44,857 nucleotides of DNA, taken from the NCBI GenBank assembly GCA_017483125.1, contig JAFULU010000002.1, forward strand, positions 1 to 44,857, read 5' to 3'. Of the stretch, positions 7,792 to 17,028 are shown one piece after another. How positions within the stretch are numbered: the first letter of the stretch is position 1; every line of letters starts with the position of its first letter. A program made the translations under genes and the position numbers. The notes beneath the pieces are model-generated. The model had not been told where the DNA came from. It did no database searches and saw only the letters and a list, made by a program, of their open reading frames with translations. Source of the DNA: Clostridia bacterium (GTDB taxonomy: Bacteria; Bacillota; Clostridia; Oscillospirales; CAG-272).

Positions 7792-10467
7792 TTACTCAGC
7801 CTCCTCCAGCTGACGGAGCAGGAAGGAGCGGACGTTGTAGATGGCGTCGTCGTCACGGGTGAAGGTGACGGTACTGGTGACGATGTGGCTGACCAGCTCG
7901 TCGGTGAATGCCTCGCCCTTGGCGGCCTCCAGCATGGTCAGAAGCTGGTACTCCTCAATGCCGTCTCTCATGTTGAGCAGGCGGATGGAGGGTATGGGAT
8001 CCAGCTGATTGTAGGCCGAGCCGGGGAAGACCAGAATGCCGTCGCCGGGGCCGGTCTTGGAGAAGGGGGCGCGCATGGTGTAGGTGGTGTTACCAGCCAC
8101 GTCGTAGTAGGAGACGTGCCAGTAGAGGAAGCCCGTACCGTTCAGCAGATAGGTGGTCCAGAACATGGTACGGCCCTCGGTGCCGTCGTTGAAGAGCAGG
8201 ATGTTCTGGTAGGGGGAGGTGTAGGGAGGCTGGCAGGCTACGTAGTTCCACAGCTCGTGACCCTTTTCGGTCTGAAGCCCCTCCATGCGGTCCTGGAACT
8301 CGCCGAAGAGCTTATCCTGCTGGTTGCTCTGCATATACAGCTCGCCGTCCACCGCCGAGACCAGATCCTTGGGGGTCGCACCCGTGAAGACCGAGGTCCA
8401 GACGTTGACGTACTCGTCCAGATAGTCGATGGAATCCTTCTGCCCGTTGACCTTGTACTGATCGTACCACGCGGGGAAGGCGGTGGTCTTGTCTACGCTG
8501 TTCTCGTTGAAGTTGGCGTAGCTCATGATGCGCTCAAAGGGCACCATAAGGCGGTAGTTCTCCCAGCCCCAGGCCTCGCGGAGCATATCGGCCTCGCGGG
8601 CAATGGCCAGCACCGAGAGCAGACCCGTGTTATCGTACACCGTCTCATTGGTACCGTCGGGGTAACCGATGGGACGCCAGCCGCGGGGCACGCCGGGTTC
8701 GTCCTGGCCGTAGTAGAACATCTTGGAAGCCAGGATGGGATCGTCCTTCATGGAGTCAAAGTGATCCTTGGTCAGCACGCGGACGGTAGTGACACGGGGA
8801 TTCTTGAACCAATCCGCACCCATGATATTGAAGTAGGTGAGACTGCCCGTCAGGGTGATGCGCTGCTTCAGGAAATACTCCGCCACGGCCTTGGTGATCT
8901 CCACGTCGGTGTAGCGGGTCAGATCCCCGTTCTCGTTGTAGTGGTGCATGTAGTTGGGAACGATATCCCAAAGACCGAAGGCGGTATCCAGGGCGGTCTC
9001 CTCGGAAAGGGTCACGTTGTACACGTAGGTGTAGAGGTTGGCGGCCTTGATGCACTTGCCGCTCTCTTGATCGTAGATCTCCACCGTAGCCTTGTACGCG
9101 CCAGGGGTGGTATCGGCGGTGGTGGTAGCCTCCACCACGAAGCCGCGGATGGAGTCACGGAAGGGATACTTCTGGTGGTCCCAGTTGGAGCCCGAGAAGG
9201 GACCGATCAGGACGTAGTTACCGAAGTCCACCTTACTGTCGGCGTCCATGCCGTAGCTGCCGTGCTCGGTGTAGTTGCAGTAGCCCACGTAGGAATCGTA
9301 GGGGATCACCGCGTCGGGATAGACGTACTGGGCAGGGAAGCCGTGGTAGGTGACGTAGCCGTCCTCCACGTAGTACTCCACACCCAGCTCGGTCTGGAGC
9401 TTTTCGCCGCTTTCATTCTCAAAGTCGGAGATCTTGATGAGGATCTTCTTGACGGTGGGGGAGTAGAGGAAGAACTGACAGCCCTCGATCTCGTTTTTGC
9501 CCATCTGGATGGTGTAGCTGTCCTTGCCCGAATCCTTGCCCGAGGTATCGTAGCGGGTTACCTTTTCGGTGAGGTGATCGAACCACAGCTTCACCGTGGG
9601 ATCATCGTCGGGGGCGGTGATGGGCTCATGGCTTTCAATGGGATCAAAGTCGGATATATCCATATCCGAGCCGTAGCCAAGCTCATACTTTTCCTTGAGA
9701 GCGGGAGTATTGAGGTTTGCGGTGAGGGGACTGTAATTCACGGTCAGCTCGCAGAAGCAGTAAATACTGCCGTCAGCCTTGTTCTTGAGCAGGAGATGGA
9801 CCTCGTCGCCCATGGTGAAGCGGCCCAGATCCAGTGCGTAGCTGTAGCCCGTGGCGTTGGAGAAGCCTTCCTTCTTGGCGGCCTGCAGAACGGCGGCCTC
9901 GCGCTGAATAGCGGTGGCACCCTCGGTGGTGTAGGCCTCGGGGTTATCGGTGCCCAATTGCCAGCCCAGCTCGAAATCCTCCATGCTGAAGCCGATCCAG
10001 CCGTAGAGGGTCAGGATACCCGATTTATCGGATACGGTCACGCTCCAGTTGCCCGTCTTGGTGACCTTCTTGACGTACTCGGTCTGGGAGGTCTCGTGCT
10101 TGACCGAATCCAGTCTGACCTTACCGATGGTCTTCTTGGCATCCGACCAGTAGATATGGCCGCAGTCTCCCTCGGTGTTGGTCATGGGAGGCTCGGTCTC
10201 GGGCTCTGTCTCCTCCTCGGTAGGCTCCTCGGTGGGGGCTTCGGTGTCCTCCTCGGTGGGGGCCTCGGTCACTTCATCTGTGGGAGCTTCGGTGGTGTCC
10301 TCACCGTCGGGCTCTTTCTCATCCGTGACGGGATCGGTAGGAGCCTCGGTGGAAAGACTCGTGGAGTCGGTGGTATCGGTCACGCCGCTGTCGGGGGTCA
10401 CGCAGGATGACAGAAGCATCACGACCGCCAGAGACAGGATGAGAAACCGTTTGCATCTCTTGTTCAT
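7792..10467 (-). CDS. Secreted lipoprotein with a PT/E-rich linker, an N-terminal beta-rich module and a C-terminal DUF4091/GH123-like glycoside hydrolase domain
   Basis: Signal/lipobox MNKRCKRFLILSLAVVMLLSSC. DUF4091-type motifs GFLYWHVSYYD, GDGILVFPGS, SIRLLNMRDGIEEYQLL. SD ggagga. Confidence 0.75.
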   Translation of the reverse strand: MNKRCKRFLILSLAVVMLLSSCVTPDSGVTDTTDSTSLSTEAPTDPVTDEKEPDGEDTTEAPTDEVTEAPTEEDTEAPTEEPTEEETEPETEPPMTNTEGDCGHIYWSDAKKTIGKVRLDSVKHETSQTEYVKKVTKTGNWSVTVSDKSGILTLYGWIGFSMEDFELGWQLGTDNPEAYTTEGATAIQREAAVLQAAKKEGFSNATGYSYALDLGRFTMGDEVHLLLKNKADGSIYCFCELTVNYSPLTANLNTPALKEKYELGYGSDMDISDFDPIESHEPITAPDDDPTVKLWFDHLTEKVTRYDTSGKDSGKDSYTIQMGKNEIEGCQFFLYSPTVKKILIKISDFENESGEKLQTELGVEYYVEDGYVTYHGFPAQYVYPDAVIPYDSYVGYCNYTEHGSYGMDADSKVDFGNYVLIGPFSGSNWDHQKYPFRDSIRGFVVEATTTADTTPGAYKATVEIYDQESGKCIKAANLYTYVYNVTLSEETALDTAFGLWDIVPNYMHHYNENGDLTRYTDVEITKAVAEYFLKQRITLTGSLTYFNIMGADWFKNPRVTTVRVLTKDHFDSMKDDPILASKMFYYGQDEPGVPRGWRPIGYPDGTNETVYDNTGLLSVLAIAREADMLREAWGWENYRLMVPFERIMSYANFNENSVDKTTAFPAWYDQYKVNGQKDSIDYLDEYVNVWTSVFTGATPKDLVSAVDGELYMQSNQQDKLFGEFQDRMEGLQTEKGHELWNYVACQPPYTSPYQNILLFNDGTEGRTMFWTTYLLNGTGFLYWHVSYYDVAGNTTYTMRAPFSKTGPGDGILVFPGSAYNQLDPIPSIRLLNMRDGIEEYQLLTMLEAAKGEAFTDELVSHIVTSTVTFTRDDDAIYNVRSFLLRQLEEAE
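10183..10389 (-). repeat. Low-complexity coding repeat (Thr/Glu/Pro/Ala/Asp linker, aa 27-95 of the lipoprotein)
   Basis: TEAPTDEVTEAPTEEDTEAPTEEPTEEETEPETEPP; the DNA shows recurring ctcctcggtgggggcYtcggt. Confidence 0.8.
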
Positions 10468-10509
10468 AGTGGATCCTCCAAAGGAAATGGTTTACGATAA
10501 TACCATATT

Positions 10510-10538
10510 ATTATACCATAAACCGCTTCTGTTTGCAA
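10510..10538 (-). promoter_or_regulatory. Sigma-A promoter of the lipoprotein gene (TTGCAA-17-TGgTATAAT on minus strand)
   Basis: Plus-strand TTGCAA 10533-10538 and ATTATA 10510-10515. Confidence 0.55.
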
Positions 10539-10610
10539 GGTTCGTTTTCCCTAAATAACGCCTACGGTTTTTGTACAGTTTTGCGGGTAGGGTTTTCCCT
10601 CTGTCAAGGC

Positions 10611-10646
10611 GAAAAGAAAAGCACGGAATCCGCGAAAATTCCATGC
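10611..10646 (-). terminator. Terminator of clpX
   Basis: Minus strand: gcatggaat-tttcgcgg-attccgtgc followed by ttttctttt. Confidence 0.7.
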
Positions 10647-10665
10647 TTTTCGGTTGGTTTTTACC

Positions 10666-12078
10666 TTACTCACCGTCAGCCTCGGGGAGCGCGATGGGAG
10701 CCTCGGCGGCATCCGCCAAAGGAGTTTCCTCGGTCGCCTCGGGCAGAGCGGGGGCGCGGTAGGTGATGATGGCCTCCGCTTCACCCTTAATGAAGGCGCG
10801 GGTGATGGTGACGGTATCCGCCAGCTCATCCGAGGGCAGCTCGTACATGAGCTTCATCATGAACTGCTCCATGATGGCGCGCAGTCCTCTTGCACCCGTG
10901 TTGCGGGCGAGAGCCTCCTCGGCGATGGCCTCCAGAGCCTCGTCCTCAAAGACCAGGCGGACGTGATCCAGGCCAAAGAGCTTCATGTACTGCTTGATGA
11001 CGGCGTTCTTGGGCTCGCGGAGGATGCGGATCAGGGCGTCGCGGTCCAAATCGTTCAGAGTCACGATGACGGGCAAACGGCCCACCAGCTCGGGAATGAG
11101 ACCGAACTTGACGATATCGTGGGGCACCACGTTCTTGAAGACACCGCTCTGTACCCGCTCGGACTTGGTGCGGATGGCACCGCCAAAGCCCACGGTTGTA
11201 CCGCCCTCCCGCTTCTCAATGATCTGGGACAGACCGTCAAAGGCACCGCCGCAGATGAAGAGGATGTTCTCGGTGTTGATACGAAGGAACTCCTGGTTGG
11301 GGTGCTTGCGGCCGCCCTGCGGGGGGACGTTGGCGGTGGTACCCTCCAGGATCTTCAAAAGAGCCTGCTGGACACCCTCGCCCGATACGTCGCGGGTGAT
11401 GGAACGGTTCTCGCTCTTGCGGGCAATCTTGTCAACCTCGTCAATGTAGATGATACCCCGCTCGGCCAGCTCAATATCGAAGTCGGCGGCCTGAATGAGG
11501 CGGAGGAGGATGTTCTCCACGTCCTCACCCACGTAGCCCGCTTCGGTCAGCGTCGTAGCGTCGGCGATGGCGAAGGGAACCTGCAGGGTCTTGGCCAGGG
11601 TCTGGGCCAGGTAGGTCTTACCCACGCCCGTGGGGCCCAGGAGCAGGACGTTGGACTTCTGGATATCCACCTCGCGGAGAGCCTCCATGTAGTCCTCGGT
11701 GGGAGTCGTATCGGCCTTCTTCTTGCCCTTCTTCTTGGGGGTCTTGGTGAGGATGCGCTTGTAGTGGTTGTAGACCGCCACCGACAAAGCCACCTTGGCC
11801 TCGTCCTGACCGATGACGTACTCGTCCAGAGCCTCCTTGATCTGCTTGGGGCGGGGAAGGGTAGCCAGATTCAGCTCACCGAAGTTGACGGAGGTAGCGC
11901 GGGTATTGCCCATGGCCTCGTCGATGAGATCCGAGCAGGCATCCACGCAGTAGTCGCAGATGTAGGCTCCGTTGGAGGAGGGAATGAGGAAGTTGACCTG
12001 ATTCTCGTTACGGCCGCAGAAGGAGCAGAAATGGAGATTCTGGTTCTTGCCGCCGCCACGATTGGTTGTATTGGACAT
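10666..12078 (-). CDS. clpX: ATP-dependent Clp protease unfoldase ClpX (with an acidic C-terminal tail of about 45 aa)
   Basis: Zinc ribbon [11 protein letters not shown]...CDYC; Walker [19 protein letters not shown]; downstream of clpP. Confidence 0.97.
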   Translation of the reverse strand: MSNTTNRGGGKNQNLHFCSFCGRNENQVNFLIPSSNGAYICDYCVDACSDLIDEAMGNTRATSVNFGELNLATLPRPKQIKEALDEYVIGQDEAKVALSVAVYNHYKRILTKTPKKKGKKKADTTPTEDYMEALREVDIQKSNVLLLGPTGVGKTYLAQTLAKTLQVPFAIADATTLTEAGYVGEDVENILLRLIQAADFDIELAERGIIYIDEVDKIARKSENRSITRDVSGEGVQQALLKILEGTTANVPPQGGRKHPNQEFLRINTENILFICGGAFDGLSQIIEKREGGTTVGFGGAIRTKSERVQSGVFKNVVPHDIVKFGLIPELVGRLPVIVTLNDLDRDALIRILREPKNAVIKQYMKLFGLDHVRLVFEDEALEAIAEEALARNTGARGLRAIMEQFMMKLMYELPSDELADTVTITRAFIKGEAEAIITYRAPALPEATEETPLADAAEAPIALPEADGE

Positions 12079-12100
12079 GATAGGGCTTCCTTTCGTGGAA

Positions 12101-12721
12101 TTAGTCGCGGTGGGTGTAGATCTTGTCGATCAGACCGTACTCCAGAGCCTGCTCGGCGGTCATGAAGTTGTCGCGGTCGGTATCCCGCTCGATCTGCTCG
12201 ATGGACTTACCGGTGTTCTCGGCCAGGATCTTATTGAGCATATCACGGGTGCGGAGGATGAGATCGGCGCGGATCTTGATATCCGAGGCCTGACCCTGGG
12301 CACCGCCCAAGGGCTGGTGGATCATGATCTCGCTGTGGGGCAGGGCGATTCGCTTGCCCTTGGCACCCGCGGAGAGCAGGAAGGCACCCATAGAGGCGGC
12401 CATACCGATGCAGATGGTGGACACGTCGCACTTGATGAAGTTCATGGTGTCGTAGATGGCCATGCCTGCGGTGACAGAGCCGCCGGGGCTGTTGATATAG
12501 AAGGAAATATCCTTGTCGGGATCCTGCGCCTCCAAGAAGAGGAGCTGGGCAACCACCAGAGAGGCGGTTGCGTCGTTGACCTCATCCGACAGGAAAATGA
12601 TGCGGTCGTTGAGCAGGCGGGAGTAAATGTCGTAAGCGCGCTCACCGCGGCCGGTCTGCTCGACCACCGTGGGAACGAGGTAGGACTGGGGCATTCCCAT
12701 CTTGTACAGATCGTTCATCAT
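12101..12721 (-). CDS. clpP: ATP-dependent Clp protease proteolytic subunit ClpP
   Basis: [19 protein letters not shown], active-site [20 protein letters not shown]. Start chosen at MMNDL (12721), with gtgaggt SD and a possible -10 TACAAT at 12750-12755. Exact start is uncertain; the listed ORF reaches 12781. Confidence 0.93.
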   Translation of the reverse strand: MMNDLYKMGMPQSYLVPTVVEQTGRGERAYDIYSRLLNDRIIFLSDEVNDATASLVVAQLLFLEAQDPDKDISFYINSPGGSVTAGMAIYDTMNFIKCDVSTICIGMAASMGAFLLSAGAKGKRIALPHSEIMIHQPLGGAQGQASDIKIRADLILRTRDMLNKILAENTGKSIEQIERDTDRDNFMTAEQALEYGLIDKIYTHRD

Positions 12722-12826
12722 GCTGGTTACCTCACATTCTTTTAGTTTCATTGTATGGAGCACAACTGTATTCTGCCCCATATGTGCGGGAAAAATCAGG
12801 GAAGCATCAAAACTCTCCCCAATTTT

Positions 12827-12865
12827 GAAAAGTATGCCGCGGCCGGCTCTGGGCTGACCGCGGCA
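12827..12865 (-). terminator. Hairpin terminator/attenuator between tig and clpP
   Basis: tgccgcgg...ccgcggca 8-bp stem; T-rich tract follows on the minus strand. Confidence 0.5.
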
Positions 12866-12882
12866 AGCGCTTGTAAAGGGAA

Positions 12883-14178
12883 TTACTCGGCAGTAGCGGG
12901 AGCCACGGCGTTGGCCTTGACCAGCTCCATAGCGGCCTTGACGCGGAGGTCCTCGGAAACAGACTCGGCGGGGATCATACCCTTGATCTGCTCGGCCTCC
13001 ATCTGGTAAGCCTCGGCCAGACGTGTGTACTCGGCCTCGATCTCCTCCTCGGAGGCGGTCAGATTCTCCAGCTCGGCGATCTTCTCCAGAGCCAGACGGG
13101 TCTTGACGAAGGTCTCGGCCTGAGGACGCATCTGATCGCGCATACCCTCCAGGGTCATGCCGGTGTACTTGAAGTACATGCTCATGTCCATGCTCTGCAT
13201 ACGGAGACGGTTGTCGAAGTCACGGACCTGGTTCTCAACCTCGGCCTCGATCATGCCCTCGGGGATCTCCTCACCGCCCAGCTTCTCAACGAGAGCCTTG
13301 ACGATGGTCTCCTCAAATACGGACTCAGCGGCGTTCTCGTGGCGCTTCAGGATCTTGGCCTCGATATCGGCGCGGTACTCGGCGAAGGTGTCAAACTCGG
13401 AGACGTCCTTGGCGAAGTCGTCGTCCAGCTCGGGCAGCTCGACGTGGGTGATGGCCTTCAGGGTGACCTTGAAGGTAGCGGCCTTACCGGCAAGCTCCTT
13501 GGCGTGGTACTCCTCGGGGAAGGTGACGTTGACGTCAAAGCTCTCACCGATCTTGTGACCGACGATCTGTTCCTCAAAGCCGGGGATGAAGGAGCCGGAG
13601 CCCAGCTTCAGGTTGTAGTCCTCGCCCTTGCCGCCCTCGAAAGCGACGCCGTCCACGAAGCCCTCGAAGTCGATCTTGGTGGAGTCACCGTTCTCTGCGG
13701 GGGTCTCGTCGGTGATCTCGGTCTCGCGGCTGTTGCGCTCGCGGATGATCTTGATCTCGTTGTCGATCTCAACGTCGGTTGCGGGCTCCACCACCTTGGC
13801 GGCCTCAATGCCCTTGTAGCCCTCGATCTCCACGGCGGGCTTCACGGGAACGGTAGCGGTAAAGGTGATGCCGTTCTCGTCAATGCTGGTGATATCGAAT
13901 TCGGCGCGGCCCACGGGCTTGACACCGGACTCGGTCAGGGCTGCCTCGTAGGCGTCGGGAAGCAGCTCGTTTGCGGCATCCTCCCAGAAAATGCCCTTGC
14001 CGTACATACGCTCGATGACGGAGCGGGGAGCCTTACCCTTACGGAAGCCGGGGACGTTGATCTTGCCAACCTGCTGACGGTATACCTTGCTGACGGCCTT
14101 GTCGAAGGTCTCCTTATCCACGGAGAACTCAATGAGCATTGCGCTCTTCTCGGTCTTTTCTGCTTTGATCAGGTTCAT
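12883..14178 (-). CDS. tig: Trigger factor
   Basis: [20 protein letters not shown] ribosome-binding signature; tig-clpP-clpX synteny. Confidence 0.96.
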   Translation of the reverse strand: MNLIKAEKTEKSAMLIEFSVDKETFDKAVSKVYRQQVGKINVPGFRKGKAPRSVIERMYGKGIFWEDAANELLPDAYEAALTESGVKPVGRAEFDITSIDENGITFTATVPVKPAVEIEGYKGIEAAKVVEPATDVEIDNEIKIIRERNSRETEITDETPAENGDSTKIDFEGFVDGVAFEGGKGEDYNLKLGSGSFIPGFEEQIVGHKIGESFDVNVTFPEEYHAKELAGKAATFKVTLKAITHVELPELDDDFAKDVSEFDTFAEYRADIEAKILKRHENAAESVFEETIVKALVEKLGGEEIPEGMIEAEVENQVRDFDNRLRMQSMDMSMYFKYTGMTLEGMRDQMRPQAETFVKTRLALEKIAELENLTASEEEIEAEYTRLAEAYQMEAEQIKGMIPAESVSEDLRVKAAMELVKANAVAPATAE

Positions 14179-14255
14179 GGTTGATGATTCCTTTCTTTTT
14201 TGCGGGAAAGTCAGTCACGAAGCGGACAGTCTGATCCCATATACATACATAGTAT

Positions 14256-14284
14256 ATTTTATCTGTTTTTGCTAATTTTGTCAA
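14256..14284 (-). promoter_or_regulatory. Sigma-A promoter for tig (TTGACA-17-TAAAAT on minus strand)
   Basis: Plus-strand TGTCAA 14279-14284 and ATTTTA 14256-14261. Confidence 0.55.
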
Positions 14285-14355
14285 GTGTTTTTGCGAATTT
14301 TCCGAACACGGGGACTCACGAAAGTACATGAAAGAGAGGGGGCGAAATTGTGCAT

Positions 14356-15132
14356 TTAGCACAAATCCTCTGCTTCGGTGAAAATCCCGACGGGAGGCAG
14401 GCGGTAGAGGGTGAAGTCCATGGCGTCGGAGGACACCAGCCGCATGGGGATTCCCTCATAGGAGAACTCCTTGGGGGCGTTGTACATCCCGTGGATGTGG
14501 CCGAAATAGCAGGCGGGATCACCGTATTCGTGCAGGGCGTCCACGAAGGGACGGCAGATGAAGTCCAGCCACACGGGAGGGAAGTGAAGGAACACCGAAA
14601 TGGGAGGTTTGAACCCCTTCTGTTCCTCACATTCCTTTTGGAGTGCCACCGCGCTGTCCAGCGAGAGCTTCAAGCGGATGACCTCACGGTTGACGATCTT
14701 TTCATAGTCCACCGAGCCCACCGTCACCTGCTGTTTTTCGTCCAGAAACCACCCACGGGTTCCGCAGAGGACCTGATCCTCCACGAAATAGGCGTTATTG
14801 TTGAGGATCTTCACCGATGAAATGTGATTCTCTTCAAAGAAAGTATTCATTTTGGAGGCGGTCGTCCACCAGAAATCGTGGTTTCCCTTGCCGATGAGCT
14901 TGGTGCCCGGGAGAGACTCCATAAACTGAAAGTCAGAAAGCGCCTCCTCCAGCTTCATGGCCCAGGAAATATCCCCGGGGATCACCACCGTATCCGCGGG
15001 GGTGACCACGGCCTCCCAATTCTTGCGGAGCTTTTCGGTATAGCCCAGCCACCGCTTGCCGAATTTTTCCATGGACTTGTTGGTGGCTTGGTTGGTGGAG
15101 AGATGCAGGTCTCCGATGACGTAAATGGCCAT
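14356..15132 (-). CDS. Calcineurin-like metallophosphoesterase
   Basis: IYVIGDLHLS, IPGDISW, GKGNHDFWW. ATG at 15132 follows gaaaggag. Confidence 0.85.
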   Translation of the reverse strand: MAIYVIGDLHLSTNQATNKSMEKFGKRWLGYTEKLRKNWEAVVTPADTVVIPGDISWAMKLEEALSDFQFMESLPGTKLIGKGNHDFWWTTASKMNTFFEENHISSVKILNNNAYFVEDQVLCGTRGWFLDEKQQVTVGSVDYEKIVNREVIRLKLSLDSAVALQKECEEQKGFKPPISVFLHFPPVWLDFICRPFVDALHEYGDPACYFGHIHGMYNAPKEFSYEGIPMRLVSSDAMDFTLYRLPPVGIFTEAEDLC

Positions 15133-15261
15133 ATGGAAGCTCCTTTCAAAAAAATTAGGGATAGAACCGCGCAAAGCGGGGCAGAATACCTATTGCGGTC
15201 AAGGCCGCTCAATATCATGGAAATACCCCGCGGTATCCGCGAGGCAATCCAAAAGGACGGT

Positions 15262-15450
15262 ATGCAAATGAACGATAAGAAGTGCTGCGGCCACATCAAG
15301 GGTGTGGTCTGCGACGTGAAGAACTGCGCTTACCACGACGGGGAGACCCGTTGCACCGCCGGTGAGATCACCGTAGGCCCCACCTACGCCTCCACCAGCC
15401 ACGACACCGCCTGCGCCACCTTCAAGCCCAATGAGGACATGAAGGGCTGA
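15262..15450 (+). CDS. Small Cys-rich DUF1540-like protein (62 aa)
   Basis: VVCDVKNCAYHDGETRCTAGEITVGP matches the remembered DUF1540 pattern V.C.V..C.Y.....C.A..I.V. SD aaagga. The rest of listed ORF 14824..15450 is antisense to the phosphoesterase gene. Confidence 0.65.
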   Translation: MQMNDKKCCGHIKGVVCDVKNCAYHDGETRCTAGEITVGPTYASTSHDTACATFKPNEDMKG

Positions 15451-15471
15451 CGCAGGACACGGTCAGTTTCT

Positions 15472-15501
15472 TGGGGTATTGCTTTGTGCGATACCCCTTT
15501 T
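15472..15501 (+). terminator. Terminator after the DUF1540 gene
   Basis: ggggtat-tgctttgtgcg-atacccc followed by ttttt. Confidence 0.7.
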
Positions 15502-15512
15502 TCGTTGTCAGA

Positions 15513-16991
15513 TCAGCACCACTCCAGCACGGCGGCGGGCATATCCTCGGCGTCGATGACCTTGGTGAAGCGCACCTCTCTGTCACCCAGTCCGCGGAGA
15601 GGATAGGGAATCTCGGTACCCGTAGACGCGGCCAGCTCATCCAGAGCCGCCAGAGGATCGGCAGGCTGGTTCTTGCCCAGAGACTCGTAGACGTCGGCGG
15701 CGAACTTGTAGGGGCTGGCGGTGGAGTCTACCACCATGGGACGGACCTCGTCCAGAGTGGCCATATACTGCTCGGCGGCAGAGAGTGCCACGGCGGTGTG
15801 CGTGTCGGCGAGATAGCCGTACTGCTCAAAGTAGGCCTTGATGGTCTCTGCGGTGGCGGCCTCGTCGGCAAAGTAGCCGGAGAAGTTTTCATTGATAGCG
15901 GCCAGGACCTCGGCATCCACGGTATAGGCGCCGTCCTTCTTGAGGGACTCCATGTAGGCGGCGGTGCGCTCCTCACCCGCGGTGAGGCAGAGCAGACGCT
16001 CCAGATTGGAGGAGATGAGAATGTCCATAGAGGGGGACATGGTGAGGTGGAAGTCGCGGTTGCGGTCGTAGGTGCCGGTGCGGAGGAAGTCGGTCAGAAT
16101 GTTGTTCTTGTTGGAGGCGCAGACGAAGTGACGCACGGGCAGACCCATGAGCTTGGCGATGTAGCCCGCGAAGATGTTGCCGAAGTTGCCCGTAGGCACG
16201 CAGACGTCCATGGTCTCCCCCATCTTCAATGCGCCCTTATTCAGAAGGTCGCAGTAGGCGGAGACGTAGTAGACGATCTGGGGAGCCAGACGGCCCCAGT
16301 TGATGGAGTTGGCGGAGGAGAGGACGTAGCCCTTCTCGGCCAGAGACCTTGCCATTTCGGCGTCGCCGAAGATCTTCTTGACACCCGTCTGGGCATCGTC
16401 GAAGTTCCCGCGGATGGCGCAAACGTTGACGTTGTTGCCCGTCTGGGTGGCCATCTGAAGCTTCTGCACGCGGCTGACACCGTCCACGGGGTAGAAAACC
16501 ATGATACCTATGCGGTCGATGTCCTTGTAGCCCTCCAGAGCGGCCTTACCCGTGTCACCCGAGGTGGCGACGAGGATCAGAGCGTCGCGGGTCTCCCCCG
16601 TCTTGACAATGGCGCGGGAGAGGAGGCGGGGCATGATCTGGAGTGCCATATCCTTGAAGGCGGCGGTGGGACCGTGCCACAGCTCCAGAGAGTAGACGTG
16701 ATCGTGTACATGGACGAGGGGTGCGGCACCGCCGGGGAAGGAGGACTCGGCGTAGGCGGCCTCGCAGTCGGACAGCAGCTCCTCGTAGGTGTAGTCGGTG
16801 AGGAACTTACCCAGGATCTTGGCGGCGCGGACGGGGTAGGCGTCGGTGCTCAGGGCGGCGATCTCCTCGGCGGTCAGAGCGGGGATGGATTCGGGAATGA
16901 ACAGACCTCCGTCGGGGGCGAGGCCCATTTTAATGACCTCGGCGGCGGAATACTTCTTGTGGCTTGCGTCACGGGTGGACTGGTACATCAT
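15513..16991 (-). CDS. thrC: Threonine synthase (long form)
   Basis: PLP-lysine motif GPTAAFKDMALQ; length 492 aa. Confidence 0.93.
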   Translation of the reverse strand: MMYQSTRDASHKKYSAAEVIKMGLAPDGGLFIPESIPALTAEEIAALSTDAYPVRAAKILGKFLTDYTYEELLSDCEAAYAESSFPGGAAPLVHVHDHVYSLELWHGPTAAFKDMALQIMPRLLSRAIVKTGETRDALILVATSGDTGKAALEGYKDIDRIGIMVFYPVDGVSRVQKLQMATQTGNNVNVCAIRGNFDDAQTGVKKIFGDAEMARSLAEKGYVLSSANSINWGRLAPQIVYYVSAYCDLLNKGALKMGETMDVCVPTGNFGNIFAGYIAKLMGLPVRHFVCASNKNNILTDFLRTGTYDRNRDFHLTMSPSMDILISSNLERLLCLTAGEERTAAYMESLKKDGAYTVDAEVLAAINENFSGYFADEAATAETIKAYFEQYGYLADTHTAVALSAAEQYMATLDEVRPMVVDSTASPYKFAADVYESLGKNQPADPLAALDELAASTGTEIPYPLRGLGDREVRFTKVIDAEDMPAAVLEWC

Positions 16992-17028
16992 GGTGGTTAT
17001 GCTCCTGTTTTATGAAAAATTTGCGTAT

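Noticed and set aside
12782-12882. A CtsR operator (tandem GGTCAAA heptads) upstream of clpP
   Set aside because: No tandem GGTCAAA-type repeat is present. The region holds only a GC-rich hairpin (12835-12865), best read as the tig terminator/attenuator, plus a weak promoter.
16992-17028. A riboswitch, T-box or attenuator upstream of thrC
   Set aside because: Only 37 nt separate thrC from the preceding dipeptidase gene, which is too short for any known leader. thrC appears to be co-transcribed.
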